This document shows, one piece after another, positions 1-8,136 of a stretch of DNA of 32,000 nt (positions within the stretch are counted from its first letter, which is position 1; each line of letters opens with the position of its first letter). The notes beneath the pieces are model-generated. The model was not told where the DNA came from and did not search any database. It saw nothing but the letters and a program-made list of their open reading frames with translations. Source of the stretch: Geobacter sulfurreducens PCA (GTDB taxonomy: Bacteria > Desulfobacterota > Desulfuromonadia > Geobacterales > Geobacteraceae); contig NC_002939.5 of the NCBI RefSeq assembly GCF_000007985.2, forward strand, positions 1,320,001 to 1,352,000, given 5' to 3'. The translations under genes were made by a program, and so were the position numbers.

Positions 1-1
1 C

Positions 2-1450
2 GGGCTCGCCATCCTGCGGACCGTGGGGCGCTACCTGGAGCGCCTGGTGACCCACGAGGCCGGCTTCCGGGTCCTTGCCCTCCTGCGCGTCTGGCTCTTC
101 CGGCGGCTTGAGCCCCTGGCGCCGGCAACGCTGGAGCGGTTGGGCGGGGGAGACGTGGCCGGGAGGCTCCGGTCGGACGTGGATGCCCTGGAAAGTCTCT
201 ATCTGCGGATCATGCTCCCTCTCGCCGCCGGTGGGGGGGCTATCCTGGCTGCAACGGCTTTTGTTGCCCTCTGGAGCACCTCTGCCGCCGGAGTTCTTTT
301 TCTCGCACTGCTGGCCGCCGGGGTGGGCCTGCCCCTGGTGGCGCGCCGATTGGCGGAGCAGCCCGGCCGCCGTTCCGCCGAACTGGCCGGCAGCCTGCGG
401 GAAGCCGTGACCGAAGGGCTTCAGGGCGGCGAGGAGCTGATCCTGCTGGGGGCGGTCGAGCGTCAGGCGTCGCTGGTTGATGATCTTTCGCGACGGCTGG
501 TGGCGGAGCAGGAGCGTCTGGCGGCAGGAGGAGGCGTCACCCTGGCGGGTGGGATTGTCTGCGGCGGGGTCGGGGTGGCCGCAGTCCTTGCGATTGCATC
601 CTTTCAGGTTGCCGCCGGGGAACTCGGCGGACCGCTGCTGGTGATGCTGCTACTCTTTGCCGCGGCTGCCTTCGAGGCTGCCGGCGGAATGCCCGCTGCG
701 CTCCAGCACCTGCCAGCCGCCCGGGAGTCGGCGCGAAGAATTCTCGAACTGGCCGATTCACCGCCGCCGGTGCCGGAACCCGCTACGCCGGTGCCTCTCC
801 CGGCCACCACGGAGATCGTCTTCCGCAACGTCTCGTTCTCCCATGACCCCTCTCTGCCGGTACTCCGGGACGTTAACCTGACCGTGCCCGCCGGGGGACG
901 GGTAGCGCTCATGGGCCCCAGCGGCTCGGGCAAGAGTACCGTGGCCGACATCCTCCTTCGCTTCCGCGATTACGGGGGAAGCGTCACCCTGGGGGGCATC
1001 GAACTCCGTGACCTGGGAGGGGAGGCTATTCGCGGGCTGATCGCTGTGGTTCCCCAACAGCCCCACCTCTTCAACGGCACCATCAGAGAGAATATCCTTC
1101 TGGGCAACCCGGCGGCCGAAGAGGAGCAGGTGCGTCGGGCTGTCCGGGATGCTGCCCTTGCCGAGTGGGTCGACGGATTGCCCCTGGGTCTGGATACCCC
1201 GGTGGGTGAGGGGGGGAGTGCCGTGTCGGGAGGAGAGGCCCGCCGGATCGCCCTGGCCCGGGCCCTGTTGAAGGATGCACCGGTTTTTCTGCTGGACGAG
1301 CCCACCGAGGGGCTCGACTTCGCCACCGAACAACGGGTGATTGCAGCGCTGGCGAATCGGACCGAGGGGAAGACCGTGCTGATCATTTCCCACCGTCCAG
1401 CTTGTGGTGACATGGCTGAACAGGTGCACTATTTTGTTAAAGTTCCCTGA
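2..1450 (+). CDS. cydC: Thiol-reductant ABC exporter subunit, fused permease-ATPase (CydC-like); 5' end outside the window
   Basis: The frame is open from the window edge to TGA at 1448-1450. The N-terminal half is hydrophobic. The C-terminal half is a nucleotide-binding domain with Walker A GPSGSGKST, signature VSGGEARR and Walker B FLLDEPT. The N-terminal motif RLRSDVDALESLYLRIMLP resembles CydC. Confidence 0.8.
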   Translation, partial: GLAILRTVGRYLERLVTHEAGFRVLALLRVWLFRRLEPLAPATLERLGGGDVAGRLRSDVDALESLYLRIMLPLAAGGGAILAATAFVALWSTSAAGVLFLALLAAGVGLPLVARRLAEQPGRRSAELAGSLREAVTEGLQGGEELILLGAVERQASLVDDLSRRLVAEQERLAAGGGVTLAGGIVCGGVGVAAVLAIASFQVAAGELGGPLLVMLLLFAAAAFEAAGGMPAALQHLPAARESARRILELADSPPPVPEPATPVPLPATTEIVFRNVSFSHDPSLPVLRDVNLTVPAGGRVALMGPSGSGKSTVADILLRFRDYGGSVTLGGIELRDLGGEAIRGLIAVVPQQPHLFNGTIRENILLGNPAAEEEQVRRAVRDAALAEWVDGLPLGLDTPVGEGGSAVSGGEARRIALARALLKDAPVFLLDEPTEGLDFATEQRVIAALANRTEGKTVLIISHRPACGDMAEQVHYFVKVP

Positions 1451-1509
1451 GGTTATGCCGATGAATCAGATAAAGTACTGATGCATGATCGTCCAGGGAG
1501 CCAATCTAC

Positions 1510-1677
1510 GTGGAAGAGCCAGTCTACCGTTTCTCCTTTCTTTCAGTGGCCCAGGTCCATTCGTTTGCCATGGATCAGCCGGTCTCCATCGTTCTGGGCC
1601 CCGACAACATGTACTGGGTCGTTCCCGACGCCATGGTGGGCGAACTCCACCGGCGGGGCTTTCAGTTCTTTCGTTGA
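1510..1677 (+). CDS. Candidate small ORF (55 aa, VEEPVYRFSFLSVAQVHSFAMDQPVSIVLGPDNMYWVVPDAMVGELHRRGFQFFR); not in the ORF track because it is under the size cut-off
   Basis: Hand translation of the third + frame. GTG at 1510 sits 9 nt after AGGGAG. Third-position GC is about 73% by hand count, higher than in the overlapping listed frames. An alternative ATG lies at 1570. No family recognised. Confidence 0.3.
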   Translation: MEEPVYRFSFLSVAQVHSFAMDQPVSIVLGPDNMYWVVPDAMVGELHRRGFQFFR

Positions 1678-1690
1678 TCCCACTTTGACA

Positions 1691-1720
1691 TTGACTGGAA
1701 ACGCGAGATGGCGGTAGTAT
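1691..1720 (+). promoter_or_regulatory. Putative sigma70 promoter for yacG-gltX (TTGACT-N18-TAGTAT, with a second TTGACA immediately upstream)
   Basis: TTGACA at 1685-1690, TTGACT at 1691-1696 and TAGTAT at 1715-1720, read directly from the sequence. Confidence 0.4.
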
Positions 1721-1756
1721 TCCGTGCTTGGGATCTGACCGACCGATACCGCACGT

Positions 1757-1790
1757 CCCCGGGATGCGCCTGCTCCTGGGGGTTTTTGTT
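1757..1790 (+). terminator. Terminator-like hairpin just upstream of yacG (either the end of the upstream transcript or a leader attenuator)
   Basis: CCCCGGGA (1757-1764) pairs with TCCTGGGG (1774-1781), giving 8 bp including one G-U. The loop is 9 nt and is followed by GTTTTTGTTT. Confidence 0.45.
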
Positions 1791-1800
1791 TCACCGCGAG

Positions 1801-1986
1801 ATGCCGATGATTACCACGCTGACATGCCCCCGCTGTCGAGCCGAAACCGTCTGGGAGGGGAATCCCCACCGGCCGTTCTGCTCGGCACGCTGCAAGACCG
1901 TTGATCTGGCCGCCTGGGCCGACGAGGAGTATCGCATCGCCGGTCCCGAAGCCCCTTCCGACAACGACGAAAACGACCGAGAGTAA
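1801..1986 (+). CDS. yacG: DNA gyrase inhibitor YacG (zinc-finger protein)
   Basis: [46 protein letters not shown] matches the YacG pattern CPxC...W...RPFCSxRC..DLG.W..E.Y.I. The listed ORF start at 1708 is probably too far upstream. Confidence 0.85.
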   Translation: MPMITTLTCPRCRAETVWEGNPHRPFCSARCKTVDLAAWADEEYRIAGPEAPSDNDENDRE

Positions 1987-1996
1987 GGAGCACTTC

Positions 1997-3397
1997 ATGT
2001 CCGACGTACGTTTGCGCTTCGCGCCGAGCCCCACGGGCTATCTCCACGTGGGGGGAGCGCGTACCGCACTTTTCAATTGGCTGCTGGCCCGCAAGCAGGG
2101 CGGTACATTCATCCTGCGCATCGAGGATACCGATGTTGCCCGTTCCACCCAGGAATCGGTTGATGCCATCCTCCAGGGGATGGAATGGCTCGGCCTCGAC
2201 TGGGATGAGGGGCCTTTCTATCAATCCGAGCGCTTTCCCGTCTACCGGGAGTTCGTGGAACGGCTCCTGGCCGAGGGAAAGGCGTACCGCTGCTACTGCA
2301 CGCCCGAGGAGTTGGAGGCGCGGCGCGAACAGGCCATGAAGGAGGGGCGCAAGCCCAAGTATGACGGTACCTGCCGCGATCTTGTCACTCAGGACGCCGA
2401 CAGGCCCTTTGTGGTCCGCTTCAGGGCCCCCCACGAAGGGGTGACAGCCTTCGACGATCTGATCAAAGGCCGGATCGCCTTTAACAACGAGGAGCTGGAC
2501 GACCTGATCATACAGCGCACCGACGGAACCCCCACCTATAACTTCGTGGTGGTTATCGACGATGCAACCATGGGGATCACCACCGTCATCCGCGGTGACG
2601 ATCATATCAACAACACTCCCCGCCAGATTCTGCTCTACGAGGCCCTGGGCTACCCGGTGCCCCGTTTTGCCCACGTGCCGATGATCCTCGGCGCCGACAA
2701 GACCCGGCTTTCCAAACGGCATGGCGCCACGAGCGTCATGGCTTACCGCGACATGGGGTTTCTGCCCGAAGCGATGGTCAATTACCTGGTGCGGCTCGGC
2801 TGGAGCCACGGGGACGAAGAGATATTCAGCCGGCAGGACCTTGTCGAGAAGTTCACGATTGAAGCGGTGGGCAAGTCTGCAGGGGTGTTCAATCCGGACA
2901 AGCTCCTCTGGCTCAACCATCACTACATCAAAGAGAGCTCGCCCGAGCGACTCGCGGAGCTTCTGGTGCCGTTTCTCCGGGAGCGGGGTGTCGACCCCTC
3001 GACCGGACCGAGCCTCCCTCAAGTGGTCAAGACTCTTCAGGAGCGGTCGCGGACTCTCGTTGAGATGGCCGACGGTGCCCTGTTCTACTATCGGAGCGAA
3101 ATCAGCTATGACGAGGAGGCAGCCGCCAAGCATCTGGTGCCGGGGACGCTTCCTCTGCTTGCCTCGCTCGCGGAGAAACTCGACGCGTGTGCCGATTTCA
3201 GCCATTCGGGGCTCGAGGCCGCATTCAAGGAGTTCATTGCGGAAAAGGGGATCAAATTCGGGCAACTGGGACCGGCCGTGCGCGTTTCTCTGTGCGGCGG
3301 CACCGCTTCACCCGGTATCTACGAGGTTGTAGAGGCTCTCGGCAAGGACGAGACGCTGCGGCGGCTGCGCCGGGCCGTGGCATATCTGGAGCAGTAG
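1997..3397 (+). CDS. gltX: Glutamate--tRNA ligase
   Basis: ATG at 1997 follows AAGGAG. Sequence shows [22 protein letters not shown] (HIGH-type motif), a KLSKR-type motif (RLSKRHG), and class I GluRS similarity throughout. Confidence 0.97.
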   Translation: MSDVRLRFAPSPTGYLHVGGARTALFNWLLARKQGGTFILRIEDTDVARSTQESVDAILQGMEWLGLDWDEGPFYQSERFPVYREFVERLLAEGKAYRCYCTPEELEARREQAMKEGRKPKYDGTCRDLVTQDADRPFVVRFRAPHEGVTAFDDLIKGRIAFNNEELDDLIIQRTDGTPTYNFVVVIDDATMGITTVIRGDDHINNTPRQILLYEALGYPVPRFAHVPMILGADKTRLSKRHGATSVMAYRDMGFLPEAMVNYLVRLGWSHGDEEIFSRQDLVEKFTIEAVGKSAGVFNPDKLLWLNHHYIKESSPERLAELLVPFLRERGVDPSTGPSLPQVVKTLQERSRTLVEMADGALFYYRSEISYDEEAAAKHLVPGTLPLLASLAEKLDACADFSHSGLEAAFKEFIAEKGIKFGQLGPAVRVSLCGGTASPGIYEVVEALGKDETLRRLRRAVAYLEQ

Positions 3398-3419
3398 ACC
3401 GAACCATTTCGCGCACTGC

Positions 3420-3459
3420 AAAAGGGGCGGCACGATCGGATTCGTGCCGCCCCTTTTTT
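3420..3459. terminator. Bidirectional rho-independent terminator between convergent gltX and the MshEN-REC gene
   Basis: AAAA-GGGGCGGCACG-atcggatt-CGTGCCGCCCC-TTTTTT: a perfect 11-bp GC-rich stem flanked by A and T runs. Confidence 0.85.
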
Positions 3460-3509
3460 GTCGAAATGTTCTGCTGCCCCGGCGACCCGCCGGTGCAGTG
3501 GATGTGGTG

Positions 3510-4343
3510 TTATTTGAACCGTTTCAGGAGGTCGAAGGCCCGCCGCACGCGTGTTACGATCCGGATGGGCTGAACCGGCTTGGCGATGAAATCAATGAAG
3601 CCGGCCTCCAGAGCCCGCTGCTCGTCCTCGCCGGTGGCCTTGGAGGTCAGGAGGATCATGGGGGTGTCTGCGATCGTGGGGTTTGACCGTACCGCCCGCA
3701 TGAGGCTGAATCCATCCATGCGGGGCATGACCGAGTCGCAGATGATCAGGTCGGGCTTTTCCACCACGGCGGTTTTGAGCCCTTCCACGCCGTCGCCGGC
3801 CAACAGGACATCGAATCCTTCCTTGTGCAGGGCCACCTGGATGATCGTGGCCACCGGTGGCGTATCCTCAACCACCAGGATCTTCTGACGCTGGGAATCC
3901 TTGGCTTTACCGTGCAGGTAGTGCTTTTCGATCGCAGCCAGCAGGTCCTGGCGGGTGGCCAGGACCGGGATGATCTGTACCCCGTTCTTTTTGGCCAAAA
4001 AATCGATTGTTTCTACGTCGAAGGGGTCATTGACGGCGAGCGCCAGCATGTTGTCCTTCTGCTTGATGGGAAACACCTGCTTCTGCACCGCGATGTCCTG
4101 GGGCACAAGAGCGAGCAGCTCGGGGGGGAACGCATAGTCCGCGAATCCTCTCACCGTCTTGAAGGCAAACTGTTTTGAAAGAGCATCGATCAATTCGTCG
4201 CCGTTAATGACCCCCATCTCTTCCAGAACCTGGCCGAGGCGTTTGCCGCTCCCCTTCTGGCGTTCGAGGGCCCGCTCAAGGGTCTTCATCGTGATGATCC
4301 CAGCCTCCACGAGAAGATCGCCCAACTGCTTCTTGTCCGACAT
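3510..4343 (-). CDS. MshEN (T2SS-E N-terminal, c-di-GMP-binding type) domain fused to a CheY-like receiver domain
   Basis: The N-terminus carries two 24-residue motifs, QLGDLLVEAGIITMKTLERALERQ and RLGQVLEEMGVINGDELIDALSKQ, separated by the 5-residue spacer KGSGK. A GspE_N-like segment follows (LALAVNDPFDVETIDFL). The C-terminal REC has ILVVED, IICDSVMPRMDG, LLTSK and IAKP. The RBS is GGAGAG. Confidence 0.85.
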   Translation of the reverse strand: MSDKKQLGDLLVEAGIITMKTLERALERQKGSGKRLGQVLEEMGVINGDELIDALSKQFAFKTVRGFADYAFPPELLALVPQDIAVQKQVFPIKQKDNMLALAVNDPFDVETIDFLAKKNGVQIIPVLATRQDLLAAIEKHYLHGKAKDSQRQKILVVEDTPPVATIIQVALHKEGFDVLLAGDGVEGLKTAVVEKPDLIICDSVMPRMDGFSLMRAVRSNPTIADTPMILLTSKATGEDEQRALEAGFIDFIAKPVQPIRIVTRVRRAFDLLKRFK

Positions 4344-4567
4344 GTATGCTCTCCGTTGCTTCCCTGATAGTGATCAAGCGGTCCGATCACTACTATGACA
4401 CACTTTGTACCGTATACCAACCGCTTGATATCACACTAATTGCTGTTTGGCTTCTCGGTCGGGCACGTGCATTCGCTCTGTAGCGACTGTATCACATAGT
4501 TACTATATCGGTCTGTAAAGAGAATACTTTAGAAATGTTGTCAAAAATTCGGGGGGTGATGGCTGTA

Positions 4568-4596
4568 AAACAAAAGGCCCCGGTAGGGCCTTTTGT
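4568..4596. terminator. Rho-independent terminator downstream of amt
   Basis: AAAAGGCCC-cggta-GGGCCTTTT with flanking A and T runs, about 20 nt past the amt stop. Confidence 0.7.
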
Positions 4597-4614
4597 TCGG
4601 TATGTCAGGTGAGG

Positions 4615-5835
4615 TTAGCGCACATGGTCTTCGGGATAGGCGCCAATCTGGTGGATCGAAAGGTCGGCGCCGGCAAACTCCTGTTCATCGGTTAGCCGGA
4701 TGCCCACGGTGCGGGAGAGAATGCCATAGACCAGGAAACCGTTAACAAGTGCGAAGACCACGGCCGCGAGGCTTCCCAGGAATTGGGAAACGAAGGAGAC
4801 GCCACCCATGCCTCCGAACAGCGGCTGACCGAATATCCCCGCAGCAATGCCGCCCCAGGTGCCGATGACACCGTGGAGGGGCCAGACACCAAGTACGTCG
4901 TCGATCTTGAGCCGTTCCTGCTCGTACTGGAAGCCGTAGACGAAGATGACGGAGGCAACGGCACCGGTGGCGAAGGCTGCAAGGGGGTGCATGATGTCGC
5001 TGCCAGCACAGATGGCGATGAGGCCGGCCAAGGCGCCGTTGTGAACGAAGCCGGGGTCATTCCGCCCGGCAACAATGGCTGCGAGTACGCCGCCGACCAT
5101 TGCCAGGAGCGAGTTGACCGCCACCAGCCCCGAGATTTTTTCCACATGCCCCGCGCTCATGACATTGAAGCCGAACCACCCCACGGCGAGAATCCAGGAG
5201 CCGAGCGCCAGGAACGGTATGTTGCTGATGGGGATGGGATGCGACTTGCCGCGCACGTAGCGCCCCATGCGGGGACCCAGTACCAGCACGGCCGGCAGAG
5301 CCAGCCAGCCTCCGACGGAGTGGACGACAACCGAACCGGCGAAGTCGTGGAATTCAGCTCCGCCCACGCTTTTGAAAAAGCCTTGGAGCAGCGAGGCGTT
5401 CTGGCCCCAGATCAGGGATTCGAACAGGGGGTAGGAGACGCCGGCAAAGATGGCACCCGCCAAAACCTGGGGCCAGAACTTGGCCCGCTCCGCGATTCCG
5501 CCCGAGATGATCGCCGGGATGCATGCTGCGAAACAGAGCAGGAAAAAGTAGCGGACTAGGTCGTATCCCTGGGTGGTGCCAAGAAGGTCGCCGGCAGGTA
5601 CGAGAAAGGATATTCCGTAGGAAATGGGGAATCCCACCAGAAAATAGGCCACGGTTGAAACGGACCAGTCGGTGAGGATCTTTACAAAGGCATTGACCTG
5701 GTTTTTCTTGCGGACGGTGCCCACTTCCAGGAATGCGAAGCCTGCGTGCATGGCAAAGACCATGACCGCACCCAGCATGAGAAACAGCACGTCGGCACTG
5801 TTCCTGAGACCTGTCACCATTGACAGAGAGTCCAT
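4615..5835 (-). CDS. amtB: Ammonium transporter (Amt family)
   Basis: 406-aa polytopic membrane protein with Amt-family sequence (LMLGAVMVFAMHAGFAFLEVG, FAGSVVVHSVGGW, VWPLHGVIGTWGG). RBS is GGAGGT. Confidence 0.95.
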   Translation of the reverse strand: MDSLSMVTGLRNSADVLFLMLGAVMVFAMHAGFAFLEVGTVRKKNQVNAFVKILTDWSVSTVAYFLVGFPISYGISFLVPAGDLLGTTQGYDLVRYFFLLCFAACIPAIISGGIAERAKFWPQVLAGAIFAGVSYPLFESLIWGQNASLLQGFFKSVGGAEFHDFAGSVVVHSVGGWLALPAVLVLGPRMGRYVRGKSHPIPISNIPFLALGSWILAVGWFGFNVMSAGHVEKISGLVAVNSLLAMVGGVLAAIVAGRNDPGFVHNGALAGLIAICAGSDIMHPLAAFATGAVASVIFVYGFQYEQERLKIDDVLGVWPLHGVIGTWGGIAAGIFGQPLFGGMGGVSFVSQFLGSLAAVVFALVNGFLVYGILSRTVGIRLTDEQEFAGADLSIHQIGAYPEDHVR

Positions 5836-5889
5836 TGATTACCTCCATTGGTATGTGGTCATGCCCTTCGTTGGGTCTTTGCCCTCGAT

Positions 5890-5905
5890 AGCAACCTCTC
5901 TGCCA
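5890..5905 (-). promoter_or_regulatory. Sigma54 (-24/-12) promoter for amt
   Basis: The minus strand reads TGGCAG-AGAGG-TTGCT, matching TGGCAC-N5-TTGCW with correct GG-N10-GC spacing. It lies about 55-70 nt upstream of the amt ATG. Confidence 0.65.
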
Positions 5906-6048
5906 AATCGATAATGCTGTGAAATTTCAGTAAAAGGTGGTATCCCGGCGCCCTGCGGGATGTTCGCTCTGACCAAACCTTCGGCAGGGCTGCCTTAAAA
6001 AGAGGCGCCTGTTCCGTCATCCGCATCGACCGCCGGGGAAAATAGGGG

Positions 6049-6077
6049 TTGACGGGGGGATGTCTACATTGTAAATT
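6049..6077 (+). promoter_or_regulatory. Putative sigma70 promoter for the deacetylase operon (TTGACG-N17-TAAATT)
   Basis: TTGACG at 6049-6054, a 17-nt spacer and TAAATT at 6072-6077. It is about 30 nt upstream of the first candidate start. Confidence 0.5.
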
Positions 6078-6104
6078 CGCGTGGTTAAAAGAAATTGAGG
6101 CTAT

Positions 6105-7289
6105 TTGCGTCTTTCTGTTACGGGAATTCTATTGCCAGCCAGAACAGCCCTCATATACTCGAACGATTTCGCCCGGTTCAGCTACGGCGACGATCACCCG
6201 TTCAAGATCCAGCGTTTCATTCTCGCCTTTGAGCTCATGCGCGCCTATGGCCTCATGGAGCTTCCGAACGTCAAAATCCTCGACTGCCCCCGAGCTGCGG
6301 AAGAGGCACTGCTTACCTTTCACGCGCCCGACTATCTCGATCGTCTCAGGGAATTCAGCGAGTCGGACGATGCCCGCGCCGATTTCCGGTACGGTCTCGG
6401 CGATCTGGACAACCCGGTTTTCCGGGGGCTCTACGACTGGGCACGGCTGGGTGCCGGAGGGACCATCGAGGCGGCCCGGCTGGTTGCCGAGGAGGGCTAT
6501 GACATCGCCTTCAATCTTGCGGGGGGGTGGCATCACGCCCATCGGGCCAAGGCATCGGGATTCTCCTATCTGAACGACGCGGTCGTGGCCATCAACCTGC
6601 TCCTGGAAAAGGGCCTGCGGGTGGCGTACCTCGATATCGATGCCCACCACGGCGACGGAGTGCAGGAAGCGTTTTACGATACGGACCGGGTCCTGACCAT
6701 TTCGATTCACGAGAGCGGCATGTACTTCTTTCCCGGCACCGGTTTCGAGGGGGAAACCGGCACCGGCGCGGGCACGGGGTATTCGGTCAATATCCCGCTG
6801 GTGGCCCACGCCGACGATGCGCTTTTCATGAAGGCCTTCGACGAAGTGGCGTTTCCGCTTCTCGCCGCCTATAATCCCGACGTCCTCGTGACTCAACTGG
6901 GCGCCGACACCTTCCGTACCGATCCTCTCACGCGGCTTGAGGTGACGACTCATAGCTACACCTATATCCTGCGCAAGCTCAAGGCGCTCGGCATCCCCTG
7001 GGTTGCCGTGGGAGGGGGCGGATACAACCTGGTCAATGTGGCCAGGGCCTGGACCCTTGCCTGGGGGGTGATGAACGGGGTCGAACTGCCGCCCCGACTG
7101 CCGGATTCGTTTGTGTCGATCATCGGCCGGCTCGGCTATCCCAACAGGATGCTCCTCGATGCCATGCACTGGGCCCAGGAGGACGACCGCAACCAGGCAC
7201 TGGACGCGGTGGAGCGAAGCATAGCTGTCATCCGGAAGACGATTTTTCCGGTGATCATCGGTTCCTATGGCGAGACTTCCGGGGAATGA
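6105..7289 (+). CDS. Histone deacetylase family protein / acetoin-utilisation AcuC-like deacetylase
   Basis: Contains GGWHHAHRAKASGFSYLND, LDIDAHHGDGVQEAFY and TISIHE, the hallmark arginase/deacetylase-fold zinc-site motifs. The start is uncertain: TTG at 6105 after GAGG, or TTG at 6132. Confidence 0.9.
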   Translation: MRLSVTGILLPARTALIYSNDFARFSYGDDHPFKIQRFILAFELMRAYGLMELPNVKILDCPRAAEEALLTFHAPDYLDRLREFSESDDARADFRYGLGDLDNPVFRGLYDWARLGAGGTIEAARLVAEEGYDIAFNLAGGWHHAHRAKASGFSYLNDAVVAINLLLEKGLRVAYLDIDAHHGDGVQEAFYDTDRVLTISIHESGMYFFPGTGFEGETGTGAGTGYSVNIPLVAHADDALFMKAFDEVAFPLLAAYNPDVLVTQLGADTFRTDPLTRLEVTTHSYTYILRKLKALGIPWVAVGGGGYNLVNVARAWTLAWGVMNGVELPPRLPDSFVSIIGRLGYPNRMLLDAMHWAQEDDRNQALDAVERSIAVIRKTIFPVIIGSYGETSGE

Positions 7290-8136
7290 GCCGCTGGTGT
7301 CGGCCTCGGGCCGCGAACTCCATACCCTGCGCGAGGTCAATGGTCTCGCCCCGGCGGAGCGCGACCGGGTTTACGCCGGACTGATTCCACCCCGGCTGTT
7401 TGAACTGCTTGGAATATCGCACGAAACCCTGCGTGGAGCCGACGGGCTCGGCAGGGTACGGATTATCGCGCCGGAGGGAATCGGCCTGGTGCGGATCGAG
7501 GTGAGGGCCCGGCCAGACGACCGGGACACGGTCTTCTTTCTGGAGTTGGCCGATACCCCCTACCGTCAGATTGAGCTGGCCTTTTGCATCATCGCCGACC
7601 CATGTGCCCCGCGTTTCGATGTGGACAGGGATGCCGAAGGGCGGTCCAATTACTTCGCCTCTCAGGGGCGGAACGTCCCCGAAGAGATCCGCGCCATGGC
7701 GGCGGGGCTGTTCCCGAATCAGACGCGCCGCGGCCTCAACCTGTTCGGCGAGTTCTTTCCGCGATTTGAGCGCTTTGTGGACGCCCTCGGTATGGAGATG
7801 ATTGCGGCGGAGCCCCTGACCTACGATAACGCCATCCGCTACGAAAAGTACGGTTTTGACTATGTCACGGGGAAACGGCTCATGGTGGAGATCGATCGGG
7901 AATTCAGGCCTGGCGGGATTCTCCACCAACGGCTCGACGGCTCGACGCCATTCCGGCTGCCCGGTGCCGAACGGACGGTGCGGGGGCGCAGCTGGGCCAT
8001 CCACGACGGCATCATGGACGAGCAGTGGGACGACGTGCGCATCTACAAAATGGTCGGTATCCATGCGGGAGTCGATACCTTTCCTGACCGCGAGAGCGAC
8101 CTTGTTGGCGAAACACGAGGAGGAGTACGAATATGA
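7267..8136 (+). CDS. Conserved hypothetical protein; C-terminal half has a GNAT-like motif (possible divergent acetyltransferase fold)
   Basis: Long ORF overlapping the deacetylase stop by 23 nt, with an alternative GTG at 7297. The segment NQTRRGLNLFGEFFPRFERFVDALGMEMIAAEPLTYDNAIRYEKYGFDY resembles the GNAT A/B motifs (...N..A...YEK.GF). Its stop overlaps the next start as ATGA. Confidence 0.7.
   Translation: MARLPGNEPLVSASGRELHTLREVNGLAPAERDRVYAGLIPPRLFELLGISHETLRGADGLGRVRIIAPEGIGLVRIEVRARPDDRDTVFFLELADTPYRQIELAFCIIADPCAPRFDVDRDAEGRSNYFASQGRNVPEEIRAMAAGLFPNQTRRGLNLFGEFFPRFERFVDALGMEMIAAEPLTYDNAIRYEKYGFDYVTGKRLMVEIDREFRPGGILHQRLDGSTPFRLPGAERTVRGRSWAIHDGIMDEQWDDVRIYKMVGIHAGVDTFPDRESDLVGETRGGVRI

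Noticed and set aside
1543-2034. 163-aa minus-strand ORF spanning the cydC-yacG spacer
   Set aside because: It overlaps yacG and the gltX start in antisense. It has no RBS and lower third-position GC than the + frame small ORF, and I recognise no family.
1811-3265. 484-aa ORF on the minus strand
   Set aside because: It is entirely antisense to gltX, which has unmistakable GluRS motifs. Its R/G/P/H-rich composition is typical of shadow frames in GC-rich DNA.
6129-7340. 403-aa minus-strand ORF
   Set aside because: Antisense shadow of the HDAC-family gene. It has no recognisable motifs.
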